Shown piece by piece: positions 1 to 6,475 of a DNA stretch of 22,230 bases. The stretch's first letter is position 1, and the number at the start of each line of letters is the position of its first letter. Source of the stretch: Firmicutes bacterium CAG:555 (lineage in GTDB: Bacteria > Bacillota > Clostridia > Oscillospirales > Oscillospiraceae); assembly GCA_000431075.1 (NCBI GenBank), contig HF986904.1, positions 28,320 through 50,549 on the forward strand. Direction: 5' to 3'. The position numbers and the translations under genes are program-made. The notes below the pieces were generated by a model. That model did no database searches. It was not told the DNA's origin and worked only from the letters and a program-made list of their open reading frames with translations.

Positions 1-366
1 CTGCTGAACCTGCCGGAGAACCTGTATGAATACAAAAATGTGGCGCTCTACGACCTTATAAACAATGTGGCGCAAAGCCGCAAGGTCGGGTTTTACTGCC
101 ACCCTGCGCTTCTCCAGCTCATGGAGTACGATAAGCAGAACGGCAGCCAACTGTACGAAACTCTAGGATGTCTTGCAAGGAACGGGTTCAACAGTGCCGC
201 GACAGCTACAGAAATGTTCCTGCACCGCAACACGCTTTTCTACCGCAAACAGAAGATCGCGGCGATGACCGGCATTGACCTGGATGATTTCAACACGCAG
301 TTCATGCTGAAATATTCATACATGATCGAGGAGTATATAGACAAGCAGTCTGGCACAAAGCTGTAA
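1..366 (+). CDS. PucR/CdaR-family transcriptional regulator, C-terminal part. The ORF is open from window position 1, so the N-terminus lies upstream.
   Basis: Frame 1 is open from nt 1 (LLNLPENLYEYKNVALYDL...). The C-terminal motif LARNGFNSAATATEMFLHRNTLFYRKQKIAAMTGIDLDD matches the PucR C-terminal HTH signature (HRNTL.YR...I...TG.DL). The stop is at 364-366. Confidence 0.55.
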   Translation: MLNLPENLYEYKNVALYDLINNVAQSRKVGFYCHPALLQLMEYDKQNGSQLYETLGCLARNGFNSAATATEMFLHRNTLFYRKQKIAAMTGIDLDDFNTQFMLKYSYMIEEYIDKQSGTKL

Positions 367-448
367 GACGGGAGCGCGGGCTGGCGCTGGACAAAGCCGC
401 GCAAGAGCAGATAGTGCGGAGGCCGGCGGAAGAGTTGAACATAGAATA

Positions 449-493
449 AAAAGCATTGTCAAGTAAATTTTGATTTTACTTGACAATGCTTTT
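449..493 (+). terminator. Perfect 19-bp inverted repeat (AAAAGCATTGTCAAGTAAA / TTTACTTGACAATGCTTTT) with a 7-nt loop and a short T run after it. It may be an intrinsic terminator or a regulatory palindrome.
   Basis: Read directly: aaaagcattgtcaagtaaa-ttttgat-tttacttgacaatgctttt, followed by tctctc. It lies about 80 nt downstream of the upstream stop and about 60 nt upstream of the next start. Confidence 0.4.
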
Positions 494-551
494 CTCTCTG
501 AGTATAGTAGTATATAGAATATGATTATACTTTTTACGGAGGTGAGGAGCA

Positions 552-1247
552 GTGCAGGCTAAACACGAAATCGAACGACAGTTAGAAAACTTCAAAGAAA
601 ACCAGCTTATTTTTGCAAGTCGGCTCTACCGTCAGAGTCTTAGCGATACTGTATCTGAATCAGCTTACTACAAGACGTTGGAGCGCATGTGCCAACAAAA
701 CACCTTGGCTCATGTCTCAAGAGGAATATACTGCAAACCGGCTCGCGATAAGTACGGAATAAGACTTCCTTCCGAACGTGATGTTATTCACGAGTTTACG
801 AGAGAAGGAAACGGGACTGTAATAGGCTATGCGTTATATAATCATCTAAATCTGACTACTCAAGTACCTAAGCTAATCGAGGTGTATTCTTCTCTGCCTG
901 AGCAGCAAACAAAGCGGATAGGAAGCGTTCGGCTTACTCAGAAGAAATTGAAATACTCACCGGAAGCTGTACGAATGGTCCAAATGCTTGAGGTGCTGAA
1001 GAACTACTCTGAAATACAGGATTTGAATCAGAGACAATTTATTAAGCTTTGCGAAGAGTTCGCTCCACATTATTCCGATGAGGTATTTGAATATGTCAAT
1101 TCGCGGATTCATTATCCCAAACGTACCATTGCATTCTTACGCAGCATCCTCGACTATTATGGAGTGAAAAATAATTTGAATAAGTATCTGTCTGCAATGT
1201 CCGAATACAAATATCCGAAAATGGAGGCGCTGCATGAAACTACATGA
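552..1247 (+). CDS. AbiEi-like protein (type IV toxin-antitoxin / abortive-infection antitoxin-like regulator), 231 aa.
   Basis: GTG start at 552, preceded by RBS GGAGGTGAGGAG. The N-terminal motif ...YKTLERMCQQNTLAHVSRGIYCKP resembles the AbiEi N-terminal domain (L.RV.RGIY). The central ...TVIGYALYNHLNLTTQVPKLIEVY resembles the AbiEi C-terminal region. GC is about 40%, well below the flanks. Homology is judged by eye only. Confidence 0.4.
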   Translation: MQAKHEIERQLENFKENQLIFASRLYRQSLSDTVSESAYYKTLERMCQQNTLAHVSRGIYCKPARDKYGIRLPSERDVIHEFTREGNGTVIGYALYNHLNLTTQVPKLIEVYSSLPEQQTKRIGSVRLTQKKLKYSPEAVRMVQMLEVLKNYSEIQDLNQRQFIKLCEEFAPHYSDEVFEYVNSRIHYPKRTIAFLRSILDYYGVKNNLNKYLSAMSEYKYPKMEALHETT

Positions 1248-1410
1248 ATTTCCTGAGGAATATAACGAATTGGTTTCTCTGGTCGCACATGAGAAACACA
1301 TATCCGAGTCTGCCGTCAAACGTGACTGTGTGAGAAGCGTGGTAAAATACATAGAGTCGATAAACTGCCGGAGGGGGTGTGCCTGTGAACTATATTCTCA
1401 TGAATAAAGA
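1234..1410 (+). CDS. Small 58-aa ORF with a ribbon-helix-helix antitoxin-like sequence (RelB/ParD/DUF6290-like). It is not in the supplied ORF track because it is under 60 aa.
   Basis: ATG at 1234 in frame 1 gives MKLHEFPEEYNELVSLVAHEKHISESAVKRDCVRSVVKYIESINCRRGCACELYSHE*. The segment EEYNELVSLVAHEKHISESAVKRD resembles RHH antitoxins (eE..L...A...giS.S..iR). It overlaps the 3' end of the 552-1247 CDS and the 5' end of the 1379-1753 ORF. Confidence 0.3.
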
Positions 1411-1753
1411 TTCTGCGTGGCTTTCGTTCTCGTGCAGACGCAATGAGTTTGACGAGGTCGAGTGCAGTGAGCATGAGTGGTATACCGAGCTGCGCCCGTG
1501 GGGATATCATAATCTCACAGACTACCTGACAGGCAGACAAGCCCCGAAGCACCGCAAGCATATTACGGAGCTTCTTGAGAGATATAACTGCAACGATCTT
1601 GAGGGCTTTTTGAATGTCACCCATGCGCTTTCACTCAATGATACATTCTGGGTGAAGCCAGAGACTTCTCTGCTCAAATGGGATGACGTTTCATTGTACC
1701 GCAACGGTTCAAAGCTGTTTTGTATACCGCCATATTTTGTGCGTCATACATGA
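1379..1753 (+). CDS. Hypothetical protein, 124 aa, with no recognisable motif. It may be island cargo or the toxin partner of the small RHH ORF.
   Basis: An ORF in the track. It has a low-GC context and overlaps the RHH-like ORF by 32 nt. No family was recognised. Confidence 0.3.
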   Translation: MPVNYILMNKDSAWLSFSCRRNEFDEVECSEHEWYTELRPWGYHNLTDYLTGRQAPKHRKHITELLERYNCNDLEGFLNVTHALSLNDTFWVKPETSLLKWDDVSLYRNGSKLFCIPPYFVRHT

Positions 1754-1794
1754 AAACCTGCCAAAATGCACTCGATTCGTGTACGGCCGCATAA

Positions 1795-1839
1795 CTCCGA
1801 CTCTGAAGGTCGTGGGTTCGAATCCCGTCGGGCGTACCA
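1795..1839 (+). tRNA. Partial tRNA: the 3' half of a tRNA-Arg(CCG)-like gene, running from the anticodon loop through the T arm, the acceptor 3' strand and CCA. Probably an att-site remnant (attR) of an integrative element.
   Basis: The fragment reads CTCCGAC (anticodon loop, CCG) - TCTGA - AGGTC - GTGGG TTCGAAT CCCGT (T arm) - CGGGCGT A CCA. The complementary 5' acceptor strand ACGCCCG and a D arm are absent upstream. Only an imperfect GTACGGCCG occurs, at the wrong distance. Confidence 0.5.
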
Positions 1840-1841
1840 AT

Positions 1842-1874
1842 AAAGCCAAGTCATTTTGACTTGGCTTTATTTTG
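1842..1874 (+). terminator. Intrinsic terminator hairpin immediately after the tRNA fragment.
   Basis: AAAGCCAAGTC-atttt-GACTTGGCTTT followed by ATTTTG. Confidence 0.55.
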
Positions 1875-1920
1875 CGGAATATTAAATTACGGAATGTGAA
1901 AAATACAAGCCGTACTTTTG

Positions 1921-1949
1921 ATCCTGCACTCCGGTGCAGGATTTTTTTA
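1921..1949 (+). terminator. Second intrinsic terminator.
   Basis: ATCCTGCAC-tccg-GTGCAGGAT followed by TTTTTTT. Confidence 0.55.
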
Positions 1950-1984
1950 TGAGTAAAACTTGTGATAACATTGTTAATGCAGGC

Positions 1985-2013
1985 TTTTCACGGCGTGCAA
2001 AATAGTGTATAAT
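1985..2013 (+). promoter_or_regulatory. Candidate sigma-A-type promoter for the membrane-module operon.
   Basis: TATAAT at 2008-2013, immediately preceded by TG (gTGTATAAT). A weak TTTCAC/TTCACG -35 lies upstream. RBS AAAGGGGG at 2030-2037. Confidence 0.35.
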
Positions 2014-2044
2014 CACGGTGAGAGACGGCGAAAGGGGGCGCATC

Positions 2045-2311
2045 ATGCGCAGAACGAGCCGAAGCGGCAGCTTCTTTGTCTGCCTTGTGTTTAATATGCT
2101 CCTAAACCTCGAAGGGCTCATACCTGCGGTGGTTCTCTTAGTCCTGCACTATGTGCTCGGCTGGCCGCTGTGGCTCACTTTTGCGGCCGTGGGGCTGTGG
2201 GTGCTGTATCTTATCGCATGGATGGCGGTGATCGGCTGGGCGGGACGCTGCGGCAGCACGCCCGACGCACCCAAGGAAAACAAAAATCCGTATTCAAACA
2301 AACATATATAA
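2045..2311 (+). CDS. Small membrane protein with two predicted TM helices, 88 aa. First gene of the SPFH/zinc-ribbon/TPM cluster.
   Basis: ATG at 2045 lies 7 nt after RBS AAAGGGGG. The in-frame GTG at 2018 listed in the ORF track lies between the -10 element and the RBS. Hydrophobic stretches FFVCLVFNMLLNLEGLIPAVVLLVLHYVLGW and LTFAAVGLWVLYLIAWMAVIGWA. Confidence 0.5.
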   Translation: MRRTSRSGSFFVCLVFNMLLNLEGLIPAVVLLVLHYVLGWPLWLTFAAVGLWVLYLIAWMAVIGWAGRCGSTPDAPKENKNPYSNKHI

Positions 2312-2329
2312 CCGAAAGGAGTCTATGCA

Positions 2330-3634
2330 ATGGGACTTATCAAAGCAGGCATCGGTGCCGTAGGCGGCACATTGGCAGACCAGTGGAAGGAATTTTTCTA
2401 CTGCGAAGCGATACCCAAGGATGTGCTTGTCACAAAGGGGCAAAAGCGTACCAGCGGCCGCTCGTCGAACACCAGGGGGAATGACAACATCATCTCCAAC
2501 GGCTCTGGCATTGCCGTTGCCGACGGTCAGTGCATGATCATTGTCGAGCAGGGCAAGGTCGTCGAGGTCTGCGCAGAGCCGGGCGAGTTTACATACGATA
2601 CATCGACCGAGCCGTCCGTTTTCTCCGGCAGCCTCGGCAGCAGCATAAAAGAAACATTCAAGACCATCGGCAAGCGCTTTACCTACGGCGGCGACACTGC
2701 CAAGGATCAGCGTGTGTATTACTTTAATCTCAAGGAGCTTATCGACAATAAGTTCGGCACGCCAAACCCGATCCCGTTCCGCATTGTTGACAGCAAGATC
2801 GGCCTTGATATCGATGTATCGGTGCGCTGCTCGGGCGTGTATTCGTACAAGATCGCAGACCCGCTGCTTTTCTACACCAATGTCTGCGGCAATGTCGAGC
2901 GGGAGTATACCCGGGATGAGCTTGACAGCCAGCTCAAGACCGAGTTTATCAGCGCACTTCAGCCGGCCTTCGGCAAGCTCTCGGAGCTTGAGCTACGCCC
3001 CAATCAGATAGTCACACACAACACCGAGCTTGAAAATGCGATGAACGCAGCGCTCTCCGAAAAATGGGGCGCACTGCGCGGGTTAAAGGTCGTGAGCATC
3101 GCTCTCGGCTCCGTGACTCTGCCCGAGGACGATGCCGAGCTTATCAAGCAGGCTCAGCGCACCGCCATCATGCGTGACCCAACAATGGGTGCGGCAACGC
3201 TCGTCGGCGCTCAGGCCGATGCAATGAAGGCGGCGGCAGCCAACGGCTCGGGTGCAATGACCGGCTTCATGGGCATGGGCATGGCCATGAACGCAGGAGG
3301 CGGCATGAACGCTCAGAACCTCTACGCCATGGGTCAGCAGCAGTCAGCTCAGGCGGCACCGGCGGGCGCATGGAAATGCTCCTGCGGCGCTGTGGCTACC
3401 GGCAACTTCTGCCCCGAGTGCGGCGCAAAAAAGCCTGTTTCCGAGGGTTGGGTGTGCGCTTGCGGAGCGGTCAACAAAGGCAAATTCTGTACCGAATGCG
3501 GTGCAAAGAAACCCGCAGGCGTACCGCAGTATCGCTGCGACAAATGCGGCTGGGAGCCGGAAAAGGGCGCAAAACCGCCGAAGTTCTGCCCGGAGTGCGG
3601 CGACCCGTTTGACGACGGCGACATAGTAGGCTGA
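2330..3634 (+). CDS. SPFH/band-7 (stomatin/prohibitin/flotillin-like) protein with C-terminal zinc ribbons (COG4260 / YdjI-like), 434 aa.
   Basis: RBS AAAGGAG, 7 nt before the ATG. The N-terminus MGLIKAGIGAVGGTLADQWKEFF and a central SPFH-like region are present. The Met/Gly-rich linker (GFMGMGMAMNAGGGMNAQ) is followed by three CxxC...CxxC zinc ribbons (CSCG...CPECG; CACG...CTECG; CDKCG...CPECG). Confidence 0.8.
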   Translation: MGLIKAGIGAVGGTLADQWKEFFYCEAIPKDVLVTKGQKRTSGRSSNTRGNDNIISNGSGIAVADGQCMIIVEQGKVVEVCAEPGEFTYDTSTEPSVFSGSLGSSIKETFKTIGKRFTYGGDTAKDQRVYYFNLKELIDNKFGTPNPIPFRIVDSKIGLDIDVSVRCSGVYSYKIADPLLFYTNVCGNVEREYTRDELDSQLKTEFISALQPAFGKLSELELRPNQIVTHNTELENAMNAALSEKWGALRGLKVVSIALGSVTLPEDDAELIKQAQRTAIMRDPTMGAATLVGAQADAMKAAAANGSGAMTGFMGMGMAMNAGGGMNAQNLYAMGQQQSAQAAPAGAWKCSCGAVATGNFCPECGAKKPVSEGWVCACGAVNKGKFCTECGAKKPAGVPQYRCDKCGWEPEKGAKPPKFCPECGDPFDDGDIVG

Positions 3635-3661
3635 TAATTTTGCCTGAAAGGAGTTGACCTG

Positions 3662-4777
3662 ATGCAAACCTTGCAGGAATATAAGTGCCCGTGCTGTGGC
3701 GGGGGGGGTGTGGTTGGGGGGCGCCCGCCGGGGGGGGAGAGGGGGTGCCTGCAGAAGATGAAGTGTCCGTACTGCGACACCGAGTTCGACATGGAAACAC
3801 TCAAAAGCTACGACGAGGGACTTTCCGAAGCTCCGGACGAGATGGAGTGGGAGACCACGGCAGGACAGGAATGGAACGACGGCGAGACCGACGGGCTTTG
3901 CTCGTATGTCTGCACCTCCTGCGGCGGCGAGATAGTCTGCGACGAGAACACGGCGGCGACCTCGTGTCCGTTCTGCGGAAACCCGGTCGTCATGATGGAA
4001 AAGCTCGCAGGCTCACTGAAGCCCGATATCGTGATACCGTTTAAGTTGGATAAGGAAGCGGCAAAGGCGGGATTATTAAAGCACCTGAGCGGCAAGCGCC
4101 TTGTGCCCAAGGCGTTCAAGGACGAAAACCACATCGATGAGATAAAGGGCATCTATGTCCCGTTCTGGCTGTTTGACACCGATGCCGATGCGCAGGTGCA
4201 CTACCGCACTACAAGGATGCGTGCATGGAGCGACAGCGAGTATGATTACACCGAGACCAGCCATTTTCTTGTCAGCCGCAGCGGCAGCATAGGCTTTGAG
4301 CATGTGCCGGTCGACGGCTCGCTTAAGATGGCGGATGACCTCATGGAATCCATAGAACCGTTCGATTTTTCCGAGGCCGTCGACTTTCAGACGGCGTACT
4401 TGGCGGGATATTTAGCCGATAAATATGATGTCGATGCCGAGCAGAGCGTTGAGCGGGCAAACGAGCGTGTCAAACGCTCGACCGAGGAAGCCTTTGCCTC
4501 GACCGTTCACGGATATGACACCGTCATGACCGACAGCAGCCACATCCGGCTGTATAACGGCAAGGCAAAATATGCGCTTTACCCCGTGTGGCTTTTGAAC
4601 ACCACATGGAACGGCAATAAATACACCTTTGCGATGAACGGGCAGACCGGCAAATTTGTCGGCGACCTGCCTGTAGACAAAGCTGCGGCGGCATGGTGGA
4701 CAGCCGGCCTTTCGGCGGTGTTCAGCGTTGTAGTCTACGGTGTTGTGAACCTATTGCACGGCACGGGCTTGATGTGA
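3662..4777 (+). CDS. Zinc-ribbon protein with a C-terminal membrane anchor (YdjG-like partner of the SPFH protein), 371 aa.
   Basis: RBS AAAGGAG. Two N-terminal zinc ribbons (CPCC...CPYC; CTSCG...CPFCG). A C-terminal hydrophobic helix (AAAWWTAGLSAVFSVVVYGVVNLL). It overlaps or abuts the flanking genes, consistent with operon organisation. Confidence 0.65.
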   Translation: MQTLQEYKCPCCGGGGVVGGRPPGGERGCLQKMKCPYCDTEFDMETLKSYDEGLSEAPDEMEWETTAGQEWNDGETDGLCSYVCTSCGGEIVCDENTAATSCPFCGNPVVMMEKLAGSLKPDIVIPFKLDKEAAKAGLLKHLSGKRLVPKAFKDENHIDEIKGIYVPFWLFDTDADAQVHYRTTRMRAWSDSEYDYTETSHFLVSRSGSIGFEHVPVDGSLKMADDLMESIEPFDFSEAVDFQTAYLAGYLADKYDVDAEQSVERANERVKRSTEEAFASTVHGYDTVMTDSSHIRLYNGKAKYALYPVWLLNTTWNGNKYTFAMNGQTGKFVGDLPVDKAAAAWWTAGLSAVFSVVVYGVVNLLHGTGLM

Positions 4778-4788
4778 GGGGGGCGGCT

Positions 4789-5454
4789 ATGAAAAAGAAA
4801 CTGTTTGCACTCCTGTTTGCCTTCGTGCTCAGCCTTAGCTGCGCCGTGCCGGCCTTTGCGGCAACTGCAAGTCATAGCCGTGTCGCCGACGGAGCGGAGC
4901 TTCTGACCGATGACGAGATATCGGCGCTTTCCGATATGCTCGATGAGATAAGCAGCCGTCAGCAGATGGATGTCGTCGTCATGACCTCGGATGACCTGCA
5001 GGGCTACGACACGGCGACCGAGTGCGCCGACGAGCTGTACGAGTATTGCGGCTACGGCTTCGGCGACGAGAAGGACGGTATCATGCTGTTTATCTCCATG
5101 GACGACCGTGACTGGGCGATATCCACCTGCGGCCGAGCCATCGATGTGTTCAGCGAGAACGACTGCGATTACATCGGAGACGAGATAGTGCCCTACCTGT
5201 CCGACGGCGACTATGCCGCCGCATTCGAGCGTTTTGCTGAGCTTTGCGACCGAATCATCACAAGTGGCGGCGTTGACGACGATTATGACTATGACGATGG
5301 TGATTACAGGGACTTCACCATCCCGAGCGAGCGGCTCTCGCCGGTATGGATACTCGTCTCGATAGTTGCAGGCATTCTCATTGCCGGACTCATTGTCGGG
5401 ATAATGCGCTCAAAGCTCAAGACCGTGCGCTTCCAGGCGGCAGCATGCAGATAA
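4789..5454 (+). CDS. TPM-domain (TLP18.3/Psb32/MOLO-1, YgcG/YdjH-like) membrane protein with a signal peptide, 221 aa as annotated.
   Basis: RBS GAGGGGGG. Signal peptide MKKKLFALLFAFVLSLSCAVPAFA. TPM-type segment AELLTDDEISALSDMLDEISSRQQMDVVVMT. An acidic region follows, then a TM helix (VWILVSIVAGILIAGLIVGIM). The frame stops at 5454 but coding appears to continue in another frame (see findings). Confidence 0.75.
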   Translation: MKKKLFALLFAFVLSLSCAVPAFAATASHSRVADGAELLTDDEISALSDMLDEISSRQQMDVVVMTSDDLQGYDTATECADELYEYCGYGFGDEKDGIMLFISMDDRDWAISTCGRAIDVFSENDCDYIGDEIVPYLSDGDYAAAFERFAELCDRIITSGGVDDDYDYDDGDYRDFTIPSERLSPVWILVSIVAGILIAGLIVGIMRSKLKTVRFQAAACR

Positions 5455-5591
5455 CCGACAGAAGCGACCTGTTCCTGTACCGCACCATGTCCCGCACCCC
5501 GAGACCGAAGAGCAACGATAACTCGTCCTCCGGCGGCATCCATATGTCCTCTTCCGGCACGATGCACGGCGGCAGCAGCGGCAAATTCTGA
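5445..5591 (+). CDS. Either a 48-aa Gly/Ser-rich small ORF overlapping the TPM gene stop, or the frameshifted C-terminal tail of the TPM protein.
   Basis: The -1 frame relative to the TPM gene is open from 5346 to a TGATAA double stop at 5589-5594. It encodes ...SRTPRPKSNDNSSSGGIHMSSSGTMHGGSSGKF, which resembles the Gly/Ser-rich cytoplasmic tails of TPM proteins. A strong terminator follows immediately. Confidence 0.35.
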   Translation: MQITDRSDLFLYRTMSRTPRPKSNDNSSSGGIHMSSSGTMHGGSSGKF

Positions 5592-5640
5592 TAAACCTCA
5601 AAACCGGCGCACCAAACGGTGCGCCGGTTTTGAGGTTTAT
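5592..5640. terminator. Bidirectional intrinsic terminator: a 21-bp perfect stem between convergent genes.
   Basis: AAACCTCAAAACCGGCGCACC-aaac-GGTGCGCCGGTTTTGAGGTTT. A T run follows on the + strand and an A run lies on the other side, serving the minus-strand gene. Confidence 0.7.
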
Positions 5641-5659
5641 CAGTATCATCAATTCAAAA

Positions 5660-6445
5660 TCAATCGATATGTATAACTGTCTGCATGAGCTCTTCGGGGG
5701 TGATGTTGGGGTTGTGGTAGTGCTCACGCTTCTGCGTTTTCTTGCCCATATAAATCGACTCGGTCGGGCAGTATTGCAGGCAGCCGAGGCACTGGATGCA
5801 GTCATTGCCGAAGGTGGGATGACCGTCAACAAACTTGATGTTGCCCTTGGGGCACAGCTTTGCACACTGGCCGCAGGAAGCGCATGTTTCCTTGTTGACG
5901 GCGAGCTTCTTTGCCTTCTTGACGGCGAGCTTCGGCCAAGCCTTGCTCTCGACGGAATTAAACGGATTGCAGGGCGGCTCCTTCTCGGTGACCTTGCCTG
6001 CGAGGATCTCCTTTGCGATCTTTGCGGCGAGCTTTTCGCTGCGCTTCTGCGCAAGCTTCGGGGTCGTGGGCGGGAGCATCAGCGTGTGCGGGAACAGCCA
6101 GATGCAGGTGCACTGATGGGTTACGCCCTTCCAGTAGCTGAGGGAATGAATTTTGTTGAGCTTATAAAGACCCGTGCCGAGGTAGCTTGCCGACTGGCTG
6201 ATGCCGAACACATAAGCGTCTGGGCTGACCTTCACGCTCTTCATAAACTCCTCAACTCCGCCGGGCAGACCGCCGCCGTGGCAGGGGAAAACAAAGCCGA
6301 CTCTTTTTGCCTGCGTGGCATCGGTGACAACGGGCTGGGAACGCATCATGACAATGTCGGTGTCCCCGAGAGCCTTGGCGAGATTTTTCGCAAAATCAAG
6401 GCAATTTCCCGTGCCGGAAAAGCAATAAATGATGTTGGTGCTCAT
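5660..6445 (-). CDS. EFR1-family ferredoxin: a flavodoxin-like N-terminal domain plus a C-terminal 2x[4Fe-4S] ferredoxin domain. 261 aa from the chosen start.
   Basis: Start chosen at the ATG at 6445 (MSTNIIYCFSGTGNC...), which has RBS AAAGGAA 9 nt upstream. The track ORF extends to 6526 without an RBS. Cys clusters CASCGQCAKLCP and CIQCLGCLQYCP are present. Confidence 0.7.
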   Translation of the reverse strand: MSTNIIYCFSGTGNCLDFAKNLAKALGDTDIVMMRSQPVVTDATQAKRVGFVFPCHGGGLPGGVEEFMKSVKVSPDAYVFGISQSASYLGTGLYKLNKIHSLSYWKGVTHQCTCIWLFPHTLMLPPTTPKLAQKRSEKLAAKIAKEILAGKVTEKEPPCNPFNSVESKAWPKLAVKKAKKLAVNKETCASCGQCAKLCPKGNIKFVDGHPTFGNDCIQCLGCLQYCPTESIYMGKKTQKREHYHNPNITPEELMQTVIHID

Positions 6446-6475
6446 AAAAATCATTCCTTTCATGTAATGCGTATA

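Noticed and set aside
1763-1839. Possibility that a complete tRNA gene ends at the CCA at 1837-1839.
   Set aside because: The 77 nt upstream of the CCA contain no ACGCCCG 5' acceptor strand, no D arm and no anticodon stem partner for TCTGA. Only the 3' half folds, so it is called a fragment. A tmRNA 3' end was also considered and rejected because the acceptor lacks the G3-U70 signature.
2170-2484. 104-aa + strand ORF spanning the junction between the small membrane gene and the SPFH gene.
   Set aside because: It is out of frame relative to both flanking real genes, Arg-rich and without an RBS. It is an artefact of overlapping frames.
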